A stretch of DNA of 64,000 nucleotides. Source: an uncultured archaeon. Its GTDB lineage: Archaea; Asgardarchaeota; Lokiarchaeia; Sigyniarchaeales; SOKP01. Positions 40,641 to 51,216 of the stretch are shown here, piece by piece. Below the pieces are notes generated by a model. That model worked only from the letters and a program-made list of their open reading frames with translations, did no database searches and was not told the origin of the DNA. The first letter of the stretch is position 1, and every line of letters begins with the position of its first letter. Where the stretch lies: contig CAZDTP010000003.1 in the NCBI GenBank assembly GCA_964508365.1, positions 2,589-66,588 of the forward strand, written 5' to 3'. Made by a program: the position numbers and the translations under genes.

Positions 40641-42779
40641 ATGAGTGATCACAGGCCAGATATTAAACTAAAGAACAAAGGGATGTATAAGGATACAATT
40701 AATATCGCTTTAGCAGGAAATCCAAATGTAGGAAAATCAGTTATTTTTAACCAACTTACTGGGTTAAGCCAAACCATAGGGAACTGGCCCGGTAAAACAG
40801 TTGAAAGAATGGAAGGCTATCTTAATTTTTTAGGATATCGTTTTAATATCGTTGATTTACCGGGTATTTATTCTCTTTCTACCTACTCCTTAGAGGAAAT
40901 AGTAAGTAGAGAATATATTGTTTCTGATGAGGTTGATGTTATTATAAATGTAGTTGATGCCACAAATTTAGAACGAAATTTATTTTTTACGTTTCAGTTA
41001 TTAGAATTAGAAGTTCCATTAATTATTGCAATTAACCAAATGGATATTTTAAGAAGTAGGAATATAGAAATTGATTTTAAAGCTCTGGAGAATATTTTTA
41101 AATTGCCTGTACTCCCTGTAGTTGCTGTACATGGTATAGGTGTCCATCAACTGTTAGAAGAAGCTATTGAAATGGTCGTTTTTCAGCATCCCCATACTCA
41201 TTTCAACGAAAAAACCCGAGATGAGTACGACCATCATTCTCATAATTATTATCGAACAGAACATATTCACGACAAAGTAAAAGTAAATAGTAAAGGGAAA
41301 AATAACTTTAAATTTCCTGATTTATCTAAAGTGCTCACCTTTGGGAAAGAAGTTGAGTCGTGTATTGGCAAATTAATCATGGAGATTAATAATAATCAAC
41401 TATCTTCTGCTCTAATTAAATACCCACCAAGGTTTTTAGCAATAAAGTTATTGGAAAATGATGAAGAAATTAAAAGTAGTATTACAAATAAAGAAATTAT
41501 AAAAATTGCCGATGAGTTTAGAAATCAATTAGAAGTTATTCATGGAGAAGATGTTCATACAATAATGTCGTCAGAGATTTACAATAAAATTCATGACATA
41601 AGCGATAAAGTTTTAATAATAAAACCACATAAAGGAAAAAAGAAAGTCAGTCTCGCTGATGTAATCGATCATCTTACTACTCATTCAATCTTAGGTTATT
41701 TTATTTTAGTTGCTGTACTATTTGGTATATATATCTTTACTTTTTCTTTTGGAAATTTTTTTAGTGGATTAATAGATGAGCTATATACGCTATGGAGTGA
41801 ATTTATTTACAATTCTTTTGGAGAAGAAAATTTAATAGTTAAGATATTTTGGGATGGCGGGTTGGGAGGATTTCTAGGCGGTATAGGCGGCGTTTTAGTA
41901 TATGTCATACCTTTCTTTTTTGTAATTGAAATTCTACAAGACTCGGGTTATTTACCAAGAGCAGCGTTTTTAATGGATAAGATAATGCACTCACTCGGAG
42001 TCCATGGAAAAACCATTATTCCAATGATTTTAGGATTTGGGTGTAATGTTCCAGCATGTGCTGGGTGCAGAATAATGGAAACAGAACGAGAAAAAAAAAT
42101 ATCTGTCGCATTAACATCGCTAGTACCTTGTGCTGCCGTTATGACAGTTGTGTTAGGATTGGTAGGGAGATATTTGGGATTTTTTTGGGTAATGATTTTG
42201 TTTTTAATAAACTTTGGTGTTATTTTTTTAATAGGTCGAATTCTAAATAAAGTAATGCCTGGTGAATGCACAGAACTTATAATGGAAATGCATGAATACA
42301 GGATGCCAAATTCTAAAGTTATTCTTAAACAAACCTGGCTTAGAACTAAAGAATTTATTTACAAGGCTTTACCAATAATAATCGTTTTTGGTATTCTTTT
42401 AGAAATATTATTAATATTCAACGCTTTAGAGCCAATAAATGTTGTTTTAAGTCCTGTCACAGTATTATGGTTAGGGCTACCTGCTATAACTGGCGTGTTC
42501 TTAATATATGGAATTTTAAGGAAAGAGTTAACCTTAGTTCTCTTATCGATTTTAGCTAATTCTTTAAATGTTACCCTTTTAGAATTACTTACTCCAATTC
42601 AGATGATTGTATTTTGTCTGGTTAGCATGCTTTATATTCCGTGTTTTGCAACAATCATAATTATTGCAAAACAAACGAACTGGAAATATGCTGCTCAAAT
42701 CTCATTTCTAGAGATAGGATTAGCCCTATTTATAGGTGGAATTATCAATCTTGGATTTCTAATATTAACAAGCTTTTAA
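40641..42779 (+). CDS. feoB: Ferrous iron transport protein B
   Basis: G1 GNPNVGKS, NWPGKTVE, DLPGIYSL, DATNLERN, GFGCNVPA, YIPCFAT. Confidence 0.95.
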   Translation: MSDHRPDIKLKNKGMYKDTINIALAGNPNVGKSVIFNQLTGLSQTIGNWPGKTVERMEGYLNFLGYRFNIVDLPGIYSLSTYSLEEIVSREYIVSDEVDVIINVVDATNLERNLFFTFQLLELEVPLIIAINQMDILRSRNIEIDFKALENIFKLPVLPVVAVHGIGVHQLLEEAIEMVVFQHPHTHFNEKTRDEYDHHSHNYYRTEHIHDKVKVNSKGKNNFKFPDLSKVLTFGKEVESCIGKLIMEINNNQLSSALIKYPPRFLAIKLLENDEEIKSSITNKEIIKIADEFRNQLEVIHGEDVHTIMSSEIYNKIHDISDKVLIIKPHKGKKKVSLADVIDHLTTHSILGYFILVAVLFGIYIFTFSFGNFFSGLIDELYTLWSEFIYNSFGEENLIVKIFWDGGLGGFLGGIGGVLVYVIPFFFVIEILQDSGYLPRAAFLMDKIMHSLGVHGKTIIPMILGFGCNVPACAGCRIMETEREKKISVALTSLVPCAAVMTVVLGLVGRYLGFFWVMILFLINFGVIFLIGRILNKVMPGECTELIMEMHEYRMPNSKVILKQTWLRTKEFIYKALPIIIVFGILLEILLIFNALEPINVVLSPVTVLWLGLPAITGVFLIYGILRKELTLVLLSILANSLNVTLLELLTPIQMIVFCLVSMLYIPCFATIIIIAKQTNWKYAAQISFLEIGLALFIGGIINLGFLILTSF

Positions 42780-43354
42780 ATCGATTATTACTACATTCCT
42801 AATAATCTTTAATAAAATTGGATATGTCTATATTCTCTCTTATAAATTTAAAACGAAGTATTTCCTTTAGCACAAAATATTAATTCTTGAAATTAAAGAA
42901 AAAGTTATTATTATTAATCATATAATATTCAAAAATGCCAATTAAGAGAGGAAAACATGTTAAATCAAGCATACCATTTATCTCATTAGATTATATTTGT
43001 ATCCCATTTTTTAGATTTAAGGATTATCTTATTAATACCAAGATTTTTAATCTCATTAAATCTTGTATTGGAAGAAAAAAAATAGAGCAAAATTTTTTAA
43101 AAGAGTTCGTTTTTATATAATTTCAATAACAAATTTTTAACTTAATGAAACAAAATAAAATTTGAATGAAATTTTAAGTTAACTGATTAAGAATTAGATG
43201 AGATATAACAAAACAATTGACTTATTAAGAGGGATTAATCCCTGTGTTAATCTTTTTGATAACCTAATTAAATCATTAACAGCATCATTCAAGTTAAAAT
43301 ATCTTTATTTTCTTCAGAATTTATCTAAATTAAAATATCAAGTATAAAATAATA

Positions 43355-45289
43355 ATGCCAAATCAAACAGAAAGCAGAGATAAAAAAAAAAGAACTTCTG
43401 AAAGTAAAGAGAAACACACACTAAAATGTTTTGGACCTGTTGGTAACCTAGAAGAATATGTTAAAAAGGACTGGTGGAAAAGGATATTTAACGCATTTTA
43501 TTTAAAAACAGATGGTGATGTAGTAGAAGACCAGAATATTACTGAATTCGAAGTGAATTACTTTTCTAAAATCATGAATTTTCAACCTGAACATCAGATT
43601 CTTGATCTCTGTTGTGGTCAAGGAAGACACTCCATTGAATTAGCTAATAAAGGTTTTAAAAACATATATGGTTTAGATCGTTCAAGATATTTAATTCAAA
43701 AAGCTAAATCAAATTCAAAAAAAAGGGGACTTTTATGTAAATTTCGAGAAGGTGACGCTAGAAACCTACCATACAATCCAGATACATTTGATTTTATCTT
43801 GCTTTTAGGCAATAGTTTTGGATATTTTGAATCAATTAACGATGATATTCAAGTACTAAGAGAAGTATTCCGCGTATTAAAACCACGGGGAAAAATATTA
43901 ATAGATCTAACTGATGGAGAATACATTAGAAACAATTTTCAAACACGTTCATGGGAATGGATTGATAAGGAACTTTTTGTATGTCGAGAACGATCTTTAT
44001 CATTAGATCAGCAAAAATTGATTTCACGTGAAGTGATAACCCATGTTAATAAAGGAGTATTAGTGGATCAGTTTTACTCAGAAAGATTATATTCTCAAGA
44101 GGGGATTTCAGAGTTTTTAAAGAAGGTAGGGTTTAATGATGTAATTGTTCATGGTTCAATTACTCCTGAATCTCAAAGGGATCAAGATTTAGGCATGATG
44201 GAAAAAAGAATTATAGTTAGCGGAATAGTTGAAAAAGAATGGACACAGATTAAAACGAAAGAAAAAACAGCTGCAAGAAATATTGTCGTAATTTTTGGAG
44301 ACCCTAAAAAACCAGATATACTTAAACCCTTACATAAATTTGATGATGACGATATCTTTACAATAAATCAATTAAAAGCTACACTAAAGGAGCTAGATGA
44401 ATATAAAATCTCATATTTAGATAATCACACCACTTTTATTCAAGATTTGCAAAATGTACAAGGAAAAATTGATTTTGTTTTTAATTTATGTGATGAGGGC
44501 TATTACAATGAAGCTAGAAAGGAATTACATATACCTGCCTTGCTAGAAATTCTAAAAATTCCATATACCGGATCTGGACCTCAATGTCTCGCCTTCTGTT
44601 ATGATAAATCTTTAGTAAGAGGTATAGCAAAAGAATTAGAAATTCCCGTTCCTGAAGCAGTTTTCATTAAACCTGGAGAAAAAATTATAGATTTACCACT
44701 ATACTTCCCTGCAATTGTAAAACCTAATTTTGGGGACTCTAGTTTCGGAATTACTCAGAAAAGCGTAGTGGAAAATGGAGAGGAATTATTAAGTGCAATT
44801 GCCGATATTCGTGAAAAATTTGGCTATGATAAACCTATTTTAGTGGAACAGTTCCTTCCTGACAAGGATCTCACCGTTGGAATTATCGGAAATTTACCTG
44901 AAAATTATATTATCCTCCCAATTATAGAAGAAGATTATTCAAGTTTACCTCCAGGATTACCAAAGATATGTGGTTATGAAGCAAAATGGTTAAAAGATTC
45001 TCCTTATTGGAATATTAAATCTATTCCTGCAAATCTTCCACAAAACACAATTGAAATTATTGAAAGTTGTTCTCTAAAATTATTTGAACGGTTAGAGTGT
45101 CAAGACTATGCGCGATTTGATTGGCGCTTGGATACCAAAGGAAATCCTAAACTTTTAGAAGTAAATCCTAACCCCGGTTGGTGTTGGGATGGTCATCTAG
45201 CAAAAATGTGTAATTTTGCAAATATCACATATAAGGAAATGTTAAATAAAATCTTAGAAGCAGCAGCAAGAAGGATTGGATCAAAATAA
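43355..45289 (+). CDS. Class I SAM methyltransferase fused to D-Ala-D-Ala-ligase-like ATP-grasp domain
   Basis: LDLCCGQGRH and LLGNSFGYF; then DKSL, KPNFGDSSFGIT, YEAKW, DYARFDWRLD, LEVNPNPG. Confidence 0.85.
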   Translation: MPNQTESRDKKKRTSESKEKHTLKCFGPVGNLEEYVKKDWWKRIFNAFYLKTDGDVVEDQNITEFEVNYFSKIMNFQPEHQILDLCCGQGRHSIELANKGFKNIYGLDRSRYLIQKAKSNSKKRGLLCKFREGDARNLPYNPDTFDFILLLGNSFGYFESINDDIQVLREVFRVLKPRGKILIDLTDGEYIRNNFQTRSWEWIDKELFVCRERSLSLDQQKLISREVITHVNKGVLVDQFYSERLYSQEGISEFLKKVGFNDVIVHGSITPESQRDQDLGMMEKRIIVSGIVEKEWTQIKTKEKTAARNIVVIFGDPKKPDILKPLHKFDDDDIFTINQLKATLKELDEYKISYLDNHTTFIQDLQNVQGKIDFVFNLCDEGYYNEARKELHIPALLEILKIPYTGSGPQCLAFCYDKSLVRGIAKELEIPVPEAVFIKPGEKIIDLPLYFPAIVKPNFGDSSFGITQKSVVENGEELLSAIADIREKFGYDKPILVEQFLPDKDLTVGIIGNLPENYIILPIIEEDYSSLPPGLPKICGYEAKWLKDSPYWNIKSIPANLPQNTIEIIESCSLKLFERLECQDYARFDWRLDTKGNPKLLEVNPNPGWCWDGHLAKMCNFANITYKEMLNKILEAAARRIGSK

Positions 45290-45667
45290 TTATAATCATG
45301 GTTATAGATAATATTATGAAAAAAAATGAAGAGAGTTTTCCTACATCAAACATTTTCTTGTAAGCTTAGTATTAAAAAACGGATTTAAAGGAATTAGATC
45401 AAGAAGTCAAATAAAAGGAGTATAAGATGTTAAACTTAAAGGAAATATGGAATTTAGCCCAAACTCGAGTCTTTATATTCTTAAAAAAAAAAAACTTTTT
45501 TTACTTTGGTTATTTGTATTAAATTCCAAGCTAAACCTCCTAAATCACTCAAATCACTCAAATTCTTTTAGATCTCTAAAAACTATGGATTAAAGTATAT
45601 AATACATTTAAATTATCTTGAAAATTCTTATTTATAGTTTAAAGTTCCTTAATTTAAGAACATAAAT

Positions 45668-46684
45668 ATGACCACTTTAAGGATAACAACCCCTTGTAGA
45701 ATCCATCTTTCTTTAATCGATGAAAACGGATACACTGGCCGAGTTGATGGTGGAATCGGTCTAATGTTAGACCGTCCTAACGTAATTATTGAAACTACGA
45801 ATCACGCGGAAGAATTTAAAATTGAAGCTCATAAATATTATCGCGAATCAATTGAAGTGATTAATGAGCAAGCTTCAAAAATTTTTAAAGCGTTCAATAT
45901 AAACAATAAGAACTTCCATTTTAATCTTAAAAGGTATTTTCCAAGCCATGTAGGTTTAGGTTCAAAAACACAATTATCGTTGGCTATCGCTGTCGCGATA
46001 ACTACATTGAAAAACATTACTCATCACTCTTTAAAGGATCTTACTCGACTTGTTAATAGAGGTGGAACTTCAGGAATAGGATGGAGGGGTTTCGAACAAG
46101 GTGGCTTTATAGTTGATGCCGGACACGAGTTTGGGAAAGGTAAAGAAAAAGAAACTTTTTTGCCTTCTTCAGCATCAAAAGAAGTTAATCCTGCACTTAC
46201 AATTTTAAGATATCCTATCCCAGAACATTGGAGATTTGTATTAGTTATACCTAATGTAAAGAAAGGAGCTTACGGCGATGAAGAAATAAGTATTTTCCAA
46301 AGTCATGCTCCAATCCCAAAAGTAGAAGTTAATGAAGTTTCACATCAAATTTTAATGAAAATTGTGCCAGGAATTATTAAAAAAGATTTAGAATGTTTTG
46401 GGGAAGGTTTAAAAAGAATACAGAGCATAGGATTTAAAAAAATCGAAATCTCTCTACAACATGAAATCGTAAAAAAAACACTCAATCTTTTTGAAGATAA
46501 TGGAGTTAAAGCTTTTGGAATGTCTTCTTTTGGCCCTAGTGTGATTGGGATTGTAGAATCTGATGAGGATGCTAACAAACTTTTAAAAATTGTTCAGATA
46601 TGTCTTAATAGTAATGGTGGGCACATCTACTTATGCAAACCTAATAATTATGGAGCAAAAATTGAATTTTTTGAGGAGAATTAA
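45668..46684 (+). CDS. mptG: Beta-ribofuranosylaminobenzene 5'-phosphate synthase (RFAP synthase)
   Basis: RIHLSLID...GRVDGGIG, HVGLGSKTQ, RGGTSGIG, GGFIVDAGH, GMSSFGP. Confidence 0.9.
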   Translation: MTTLRITTPCRIHLSLIDENGYTGRVDGGIGLMLDRPNVIIETTNHAEEFKIEAHKYYRESIEVINEQASKIFKAFNINNKNFHFNLKRYFPSHVGLGSKTQLSLAIAVAITTLKNITHHSLKDLTRLVNRGGTSGIGWRGFEQGGFIVDAGHEFGKGKEKETFLPSSASKEVNPALTILRYPIPEHWRFVLVIPNVKKGAYGDEEISIFQSHAPIPKVEVNEVSHQILMKIVPGIIKKDLECFGEGLKRIQSIGFKKIEISLQHEIVKKTLNLFEDNGVKAFGMSSFGPSVIGIVESDEDANKLLKIVQICLNSNGGHIYLCKPNNYGAKIEFFEEN

Positions 46685-47079
46685 TGTCAAACGGAAAAGA
46701 AAACGCCTATTTTTCTTTTGATATAAACGATAGAGAAAGGGCATGTTTTGAAGTAGGTATAAAATTAGGAGCTCTTTATCATATTTTGTGTGGGATGCCA
46801 ATATCATCAAATTCTAATGTTATTGAGTCAATTGAAAAGGGTATTGAAGCATCGATTTCATGCCAGCCTTATGTCATATCGGTCAAGATTAATGTAAATC
46901 GAGATGAAATTCAAGGTGATAAATCTACCGAGTTTGACTACGATGAAATTACTGGAAAGTTAATAACTGCAACTGTTGTTCTTGAGTTTAACTCGGTTGA
47001 AATTACCGCAAAAGTAGAGTGGATTCAAGAACTTAATTACCCTTTGATGTTTATTGAGAAAATAAGAAATAAAAGCTAA
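46684..47079 (+). CDS. mptD: Archaeal dihydroneopterin aldolase
   Basis: RERACFEVGIKLGALYH, QPYV, YPLM. Confidence 0.85.
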   Translation: MSNGKENAYFSFDINDRERACFEVGIKLGALYHILCGMPISSNSNVIESIEKGIEASISCQPYVISVKINVNRDEIQGDKSTEFDYDEITGKLITATVVLEFNSVEITAKVEWIQELNYPLMFIEKIRNKS

Positions 47080-47825
47080 GATTCTAATCTATTAATGTAG
47101 TTATAGACATGCTCAATCGCCTTTATGGCACTCTCATTTTTTCCAAATCTCCGTATTTCACTTACATTTTCTTCAATTTTATGCTTAATTGTTCTGATTA
47201 AGGTTTTGTCTTTTTTTTTTGTAGCGATATTTAATTTAGTGGCGAGTACGATAGTTTCCAATGTAAGATTTTCCGCTCTATTAAACAATTTAAAAGATTC
47301 TTTAAATTTTTTGTAGGAAATAACAGATAAATTTATTTCCATTAACTCTACCTGTCCGAAATTATCAGTCTTTACGGTTTGATTTTTATTCGTTGCTACG
47401 CATGAAATAATAGCCCACGCTTGATTTAAATATGGCAAATGAATAGTGTTATCTCGTATAATTCCTTTAAAAATTGCCTTATACTTGTTTTTCACATCAA
47501 AGGGAAAATAATTATAATATTGTTCCGATGATGTTTCGATACTATTAGAAAAATCAATAGCTTTTAAAGATGTTATCGCATAAAGAAAGATGTCATCGAC
47601 GAAATTTAAAGTAATTAATTTAGTACTATCGAGATTTTTATATGTAGTAGTATCTGGGAAAGGCCAAATTTTTATAGTATTATTTTCCAACAATCTTATA
47701 CCCATAGCGGCAGTGTTTGGAATTATCTTATTATTCTTTATAGAATAAGTCGTAGCTAAAACTTCATATAAATAATTCATTTTCAGACCTATAGATGTAA
47801 GGTCTACTTGAGAATTGGATGACAT
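47076..47825 (-). CDS. DUF447-family protein (associated with H4MPT clusters)
   Basis: YEVLATT...PNTAAMGI, TTTYKNL, FNRAENLTLE. Confidence 0.75.
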   Translation of the reverse strand: MSSNSQVDLTSIGLKMNYLYEVLATTYSIKNNKIIPNTAAMGIRLLENNTIKIWPFPDTTTYKNLDSTKLITLNFVDDIFLYAITSLKAIDFSNSIETSSEQYYNYFPFDVKNKYKAIFKGIIRDNTIHLPYLNQAWAIISCVATNKNQTVKTDNFGQVELMEINLSVISYKKFKESFKLFNRAENLTLETIVLATKLNIATKKKDKTLIRTIKHKIEENVSEIRRFGKNESAIKAIEHVYNYINRLES

Positions 47826-48000
47826 TACCTTTAATAATACAAATTCTTGGTGGTATAAGTAAGAATATATCCAAGTTCTTTAATATTTTATAAAAATATA
47901 ATCATATCTATACCTCGAACAAGAAGCATTAAAAATTAATAAAAATAAAAAGAATTGTTGAACTTTAATTATAAGCAAAACAACTAGAACTTGATAATCA

Positions 48001-49092
48001 TTGAATAAGGTATTAGGAATCGACCCTGGCTCATTAACCTGGGATTTTTTCGCTTTAAAAGGTAAGCAAGTTATCTTAGATATTTCAATTCCTACAAAAG
48101 AAGTGATAGAAGAACCTTCTAAAGCGATTTCACTCATAAAATCAATAAAAAATCTTGATTTAATCGTCGCACCAAGCGGTTTTGGATTACCACTCAAATA
48201 TGTTAAGGATATTACCAAAAAAGATATTTTTTTAACACTTTTAAAATTTGACAAGAAGGAGAGGGAACAATTAGTTGGATTAGGGGAAGTTCTTCGCTTG
48301 ATTAAAGCAGAAAATCTTCCTGGGATCATTGTTCCTGGAGTTAAACATCTAGTTACAATCCCTCGATATCGTAAAATAAATAAAATCGATATGGGAACAG
48401 CAGATAAACTTTGTTCTGTCGTTACGGGAATTAGAGATCAAATGGAACGTTTAACAATATTACCTACAAAAACTAATTTCATTATGGTCGAACTTGGATT
48501 TGGTTTCACAGCAGTTTTAGCAATAGAAAACGGACAAGTGATTGATGGGATTGGGGGTTCCAACATTATGGGATTCAGAGCTTGTGGAAGTCTCGATGGA
48601 GAATTAGCCTATTTAATTAAAAACATTAAGAAAAACACCATATACGGAGGAGGATTATCCTCAATATCAGGGCATAGCGATTTAAACTTAAAACAATTTA
48701 CTAGATTAGTTAAAGATGACCATCAAACAAGATTGGCTTTTCACGCTTACATTTCGGATTTAATCAAGGCAATTTATGCTATATCATCTTCTTTTTCGAA
48801 TAAGGATCAAATAACTGAGATACTATTAGCTGGAAGAGTTGCAGATAATCATATTATTAAAGACGAAATTACTAACAGGTTAGAAGGTTCCTTTATCGTT
48901 AAATTGATGCGAACCTACGGTAGTATTTCAAAACACGCAGCTCAAGGCGCTGCTTTTATTGCTAATGGTCTCCTTGAGGGAGAATTTAGCTCTATTGTAA
49001 ATAATCTGAAAATTAAAGAAGCTGAAGGTTCAATTTTAGACGATATTTATATTCCTTTTGATAAAAACAAATTATTGAGTGATTTAAATTAA
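48001..49092 (+). CDS. DUF1464-family (acetate/butyrate kinase-like ASKHA) protein
   Basis: GIDPGS, APSGFGLP, KIDMGTADK, DGIGG, LDGELAY, AAQGAA. Confidence 0.8.
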   Translation: MNKVLGIDPGSLTWDFFALKGKQVILDISIPTKEVIEEPSKAISLIKSIKNLDLIVAPSGFGLPLKYVKDITKKDIFLTLLKFDKKEREQLVGLGEVLRLIKAENLPGIIVPGVKHLVTIPRYRKINKIDMGTADKLCSVVTGIRDQMERLTILPTKTNFIMVELGFGFTAVLAIENGQVIDGIGGSNIMGFRACGSLDGELAYLIKNIKKNTIYGGGLSSISGHSDLNLKQFTRLVKDDHQTRLAFHAYISDLIKAIYAISSSFSNKDQITEILLAGRVADNHIIKDEITNRLEGSFIVKLMRTYGSISKHAAQGAAFIANGLLEGEFSSIVNNLKIKEAEGSILDDIYIPFDKNKLLSDLN

Positions 49093-50662
49093 AAACATTT
49101 TAATTATTACTGGTCAAAGCAGTTACCCAATTATTGAAAAAGTTATTTCTCCTATTAAAAACCACAAGATTAAAGTTTATAAAGCTCCAATAACAATTTC
49201 TGCCTTTATTTCAGAAAACTTAGTTAAGGATATAATTAAAAAAATTGCTATTCAAGATTATGATTTAATTTTACTCCCTGGATTTATCCAGTGGGACACC
49301 ACAAAATTAGAGGAACTAAATTCAATCGCAATAAGAAAAGGTCCAGAGTTTGCTTCCGATCTCCCTACGGTTTTGAAACACATAGACACTCTTAAACTTT
49401 CTAATTCTGCTCCTGCAAATAAAATATTGGAACTCTCAAGCGAACAAGAATACGAAGAGATTCTAAAAGAACAGTTAGAAATTGCTAGAGATAACATAGA
49501 TTCCAACACATTCTTTTTAAATGAAAACACCTCAAATCTAATGATCGGACCTAATCTTCCGCCTCCGATTATTGCCGAAATAGTAAATTGCCCAGAAAAG
49601 AATAATCAAACAATACTTAGAAAAGTAAAGCATTACATAGAATCTGGTGCTGACATTATTGATATTGGCTGCGTCGCATACAAACCATATGCAGAAAAGA
49701 TAAAAGAAATAGTTCATCTTATTCGTAATAATTTTAATGTCTTAATTAGCATTGATTCAATGGATAAAAGCGAAATTCTATCCGCGGTTGATGTAGGCGT
49801 TGATTTAATTTTAAGTTTGGATCGTGGTAATTATAAAGATTTTTTAAATCTCCCTCGAGATATTCCTATTGTGATATTACCAACAAATATTAAAGCAAAT
49901 TATTTTCCTAAAGAACCTGAAATACGCGTTAAGAATTTGTTTAAGCTAACTCAAGAATTAAAACAAATTGGTTTTAAAAAGTTAATTGCCGATCCCCTAT
50001 TAGAAACGCCTATTATTCCGGGAATTTGTAACTCTCTAGAGGCCTATTTTCTCTACAAAAAACAAGTGGCAAAAGAAGCAAACAAAAATCTGGAAATTCC
50101 TCTCTTTTTTGGCATATCTAATGTAGTAGAGCTTATGGATATTGATTCAGTGGGAATAAATGGATTATTAGCAAGTATTGCAATTGAATTAGATATGGGA
50201 ATTCTATTTACAGTTGAACACAGCACTAAGCTAATGGAAGGAGTAAGAGAACTAAAAGAGAGTGTAAAACTCAATTATATGTCAAATTATAAAAAAACTC
50301 CTCCTATAAATCACGGAATTACTGTTTTTAGGGCTAAAGGTAAGACTAGTCAAGCTCTTCCTGAAATTGGCACTTCTGACGTAATAAATGTAAAAGAATA
50401 CGCTCTTGGCTACATAGCCGATAAAAATGGTTATTTTAAGTTTTATGTGAACCATTATACTAAAGAAATCTACGTATTATTTTTTTCGAATGACGATTTT
50501 CTTCTTAAAACTTTAGTAGGAACTAACGCTGAAGCACTTAGCAAAAAAGTTCTTGAACTAAATTTAACTACAAACCTGCAACATATAAGCTATGTTGGAA
50601 GAGAGTTAGCTAAAGCAGAAGTTTGTTTAAACTTTGGTAAACCTTTTATACAGGATGAATAA
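49088..50662 (+). CDS. Dihydropteroate-synthase-related protein (MJ0107/TIGR00284-like); frame open from an ATT codon, 95 codons upstream of the track start
   Basis: Upstream in-frame IKNILIITG...APITISAFI...YDLILLPG...KGPEFASDLP; GADIIDIG, ISIDS, GISNVVELMDIDS, YVGRELAKAE. Confidence 0.82.
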   Translation: MKNILIITGQSSYPIIEKVISPIKNHKIKVYKAPITISAFISENLVKDIIKKIAIQDYDLILLPGFIQWDTTKLEELNSIAIRKGPEFASDLPTVLKHIDTLKLSNSAPANKILELSSEQEYEEILKEQLEIARDNIDSNTFFLNENTSNLMIGPNLPPPIIAEIVNCPEKNNQTILRKVKHYIESGADIIDIGCVAYKPYAEKIKEIVHLIRNNFNVLISIDSMDKSEILSAVDVGVDLILSLDRGNYKDFLNLPRDIPIVILPTNIKANYFPKEPEIRVKNLFKLTQELKQIGFKKLIADPLLETPIIPGICNSLEAYFLYKKQVAKEANKNLEIPLFFGISNVVELMDIDSVGINGLLASIAIELDMGILFTVEHSTKLMEGVRELKESVKLNYMSNYKKTPPINHGITVFRAKGKTSQALPEIGTSDVINVKEYALGYIADKNGYFKFYVNHYTKEIYVLFFSNDDFLLKTLVGTNAEALSKKVLELNLTTNLQHISYVGRELAKAEVCLNFGKPFIQDE

Positions 50663-50691
50663 TAAAAGATAAAAAAAGAAAGAATGTCCTT

Positions 50692-51006
50692 TTACACGAT
50701 CTCAAAGCAGGTCTTTAAATCCATCCCAGGTACTAACAAAGGAACTAATTTTGCAGTAGATTTTCCTAAATTAGCCATGTGTGTTTTCATCGCTTCTCCA
50801 TCTTCATATTTTTCGTAGAAAATGATTTTATTTTTGAATTCGCTCCCTTTAACGGTGTGAGGAATATATTCTAAAGTTCCTGGTTCAGATGCTTTTATTT
50901 GTGGGACAATTTCTTTCAAAACTTCAATTACTTCTTGCATTTTGCCTTCTTTAACTTCAATTGTTGCTATGATTGTAATCATTTTTATTTTACCTTCTAA
51001 ATCCAA
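50692..51006 (-). CDS. Antibiotic-biosynthesis-monooxygenase (ABM/quinol monooxygenase) family protein
   Basis: EPGTLEY, FYEKYED...H. Confidence 0.85.
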   Translation of the reverse strand: MDLEGKIKMITIIATIEVKEGKMQEVIEVLKEIVPQIKASEPGTLEYIPHTVKGSEFKNKIIFYEKYEDGEAMKTHMANLGKSTAKLVPLLVPGMDLKTCFEIV

Positions 51007-51216
51007 TTTTGAATAAAGTAATTATCCTACCTACTTAAATGATAAACAAAAAAAAGAGGATTTACCATTCATTTTATCGTTTATAGTTTTAGATCATATC
51101 TTTCAAGAAAATATAAGAGCAGATATTCATATTAAACAAGTCAAAACACTTTTAAAGTGTAAAATTCATATAAGTTAATGTATCGCTAAAATTTTTCGTT
51201 ATAAAAGGAAATAATC

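Noticed and set aside
42935-43120. 61-aa ORF downstream of feoB
   Set aside because: No motif; composition typical of spurious AT-rich ORFs
45542-45565. Tandem AAATCACTC repeat as a CRISPR or other repeat array
   Set aside because: Only about two copies of 9 bp with no spacers; no cas genes in the window
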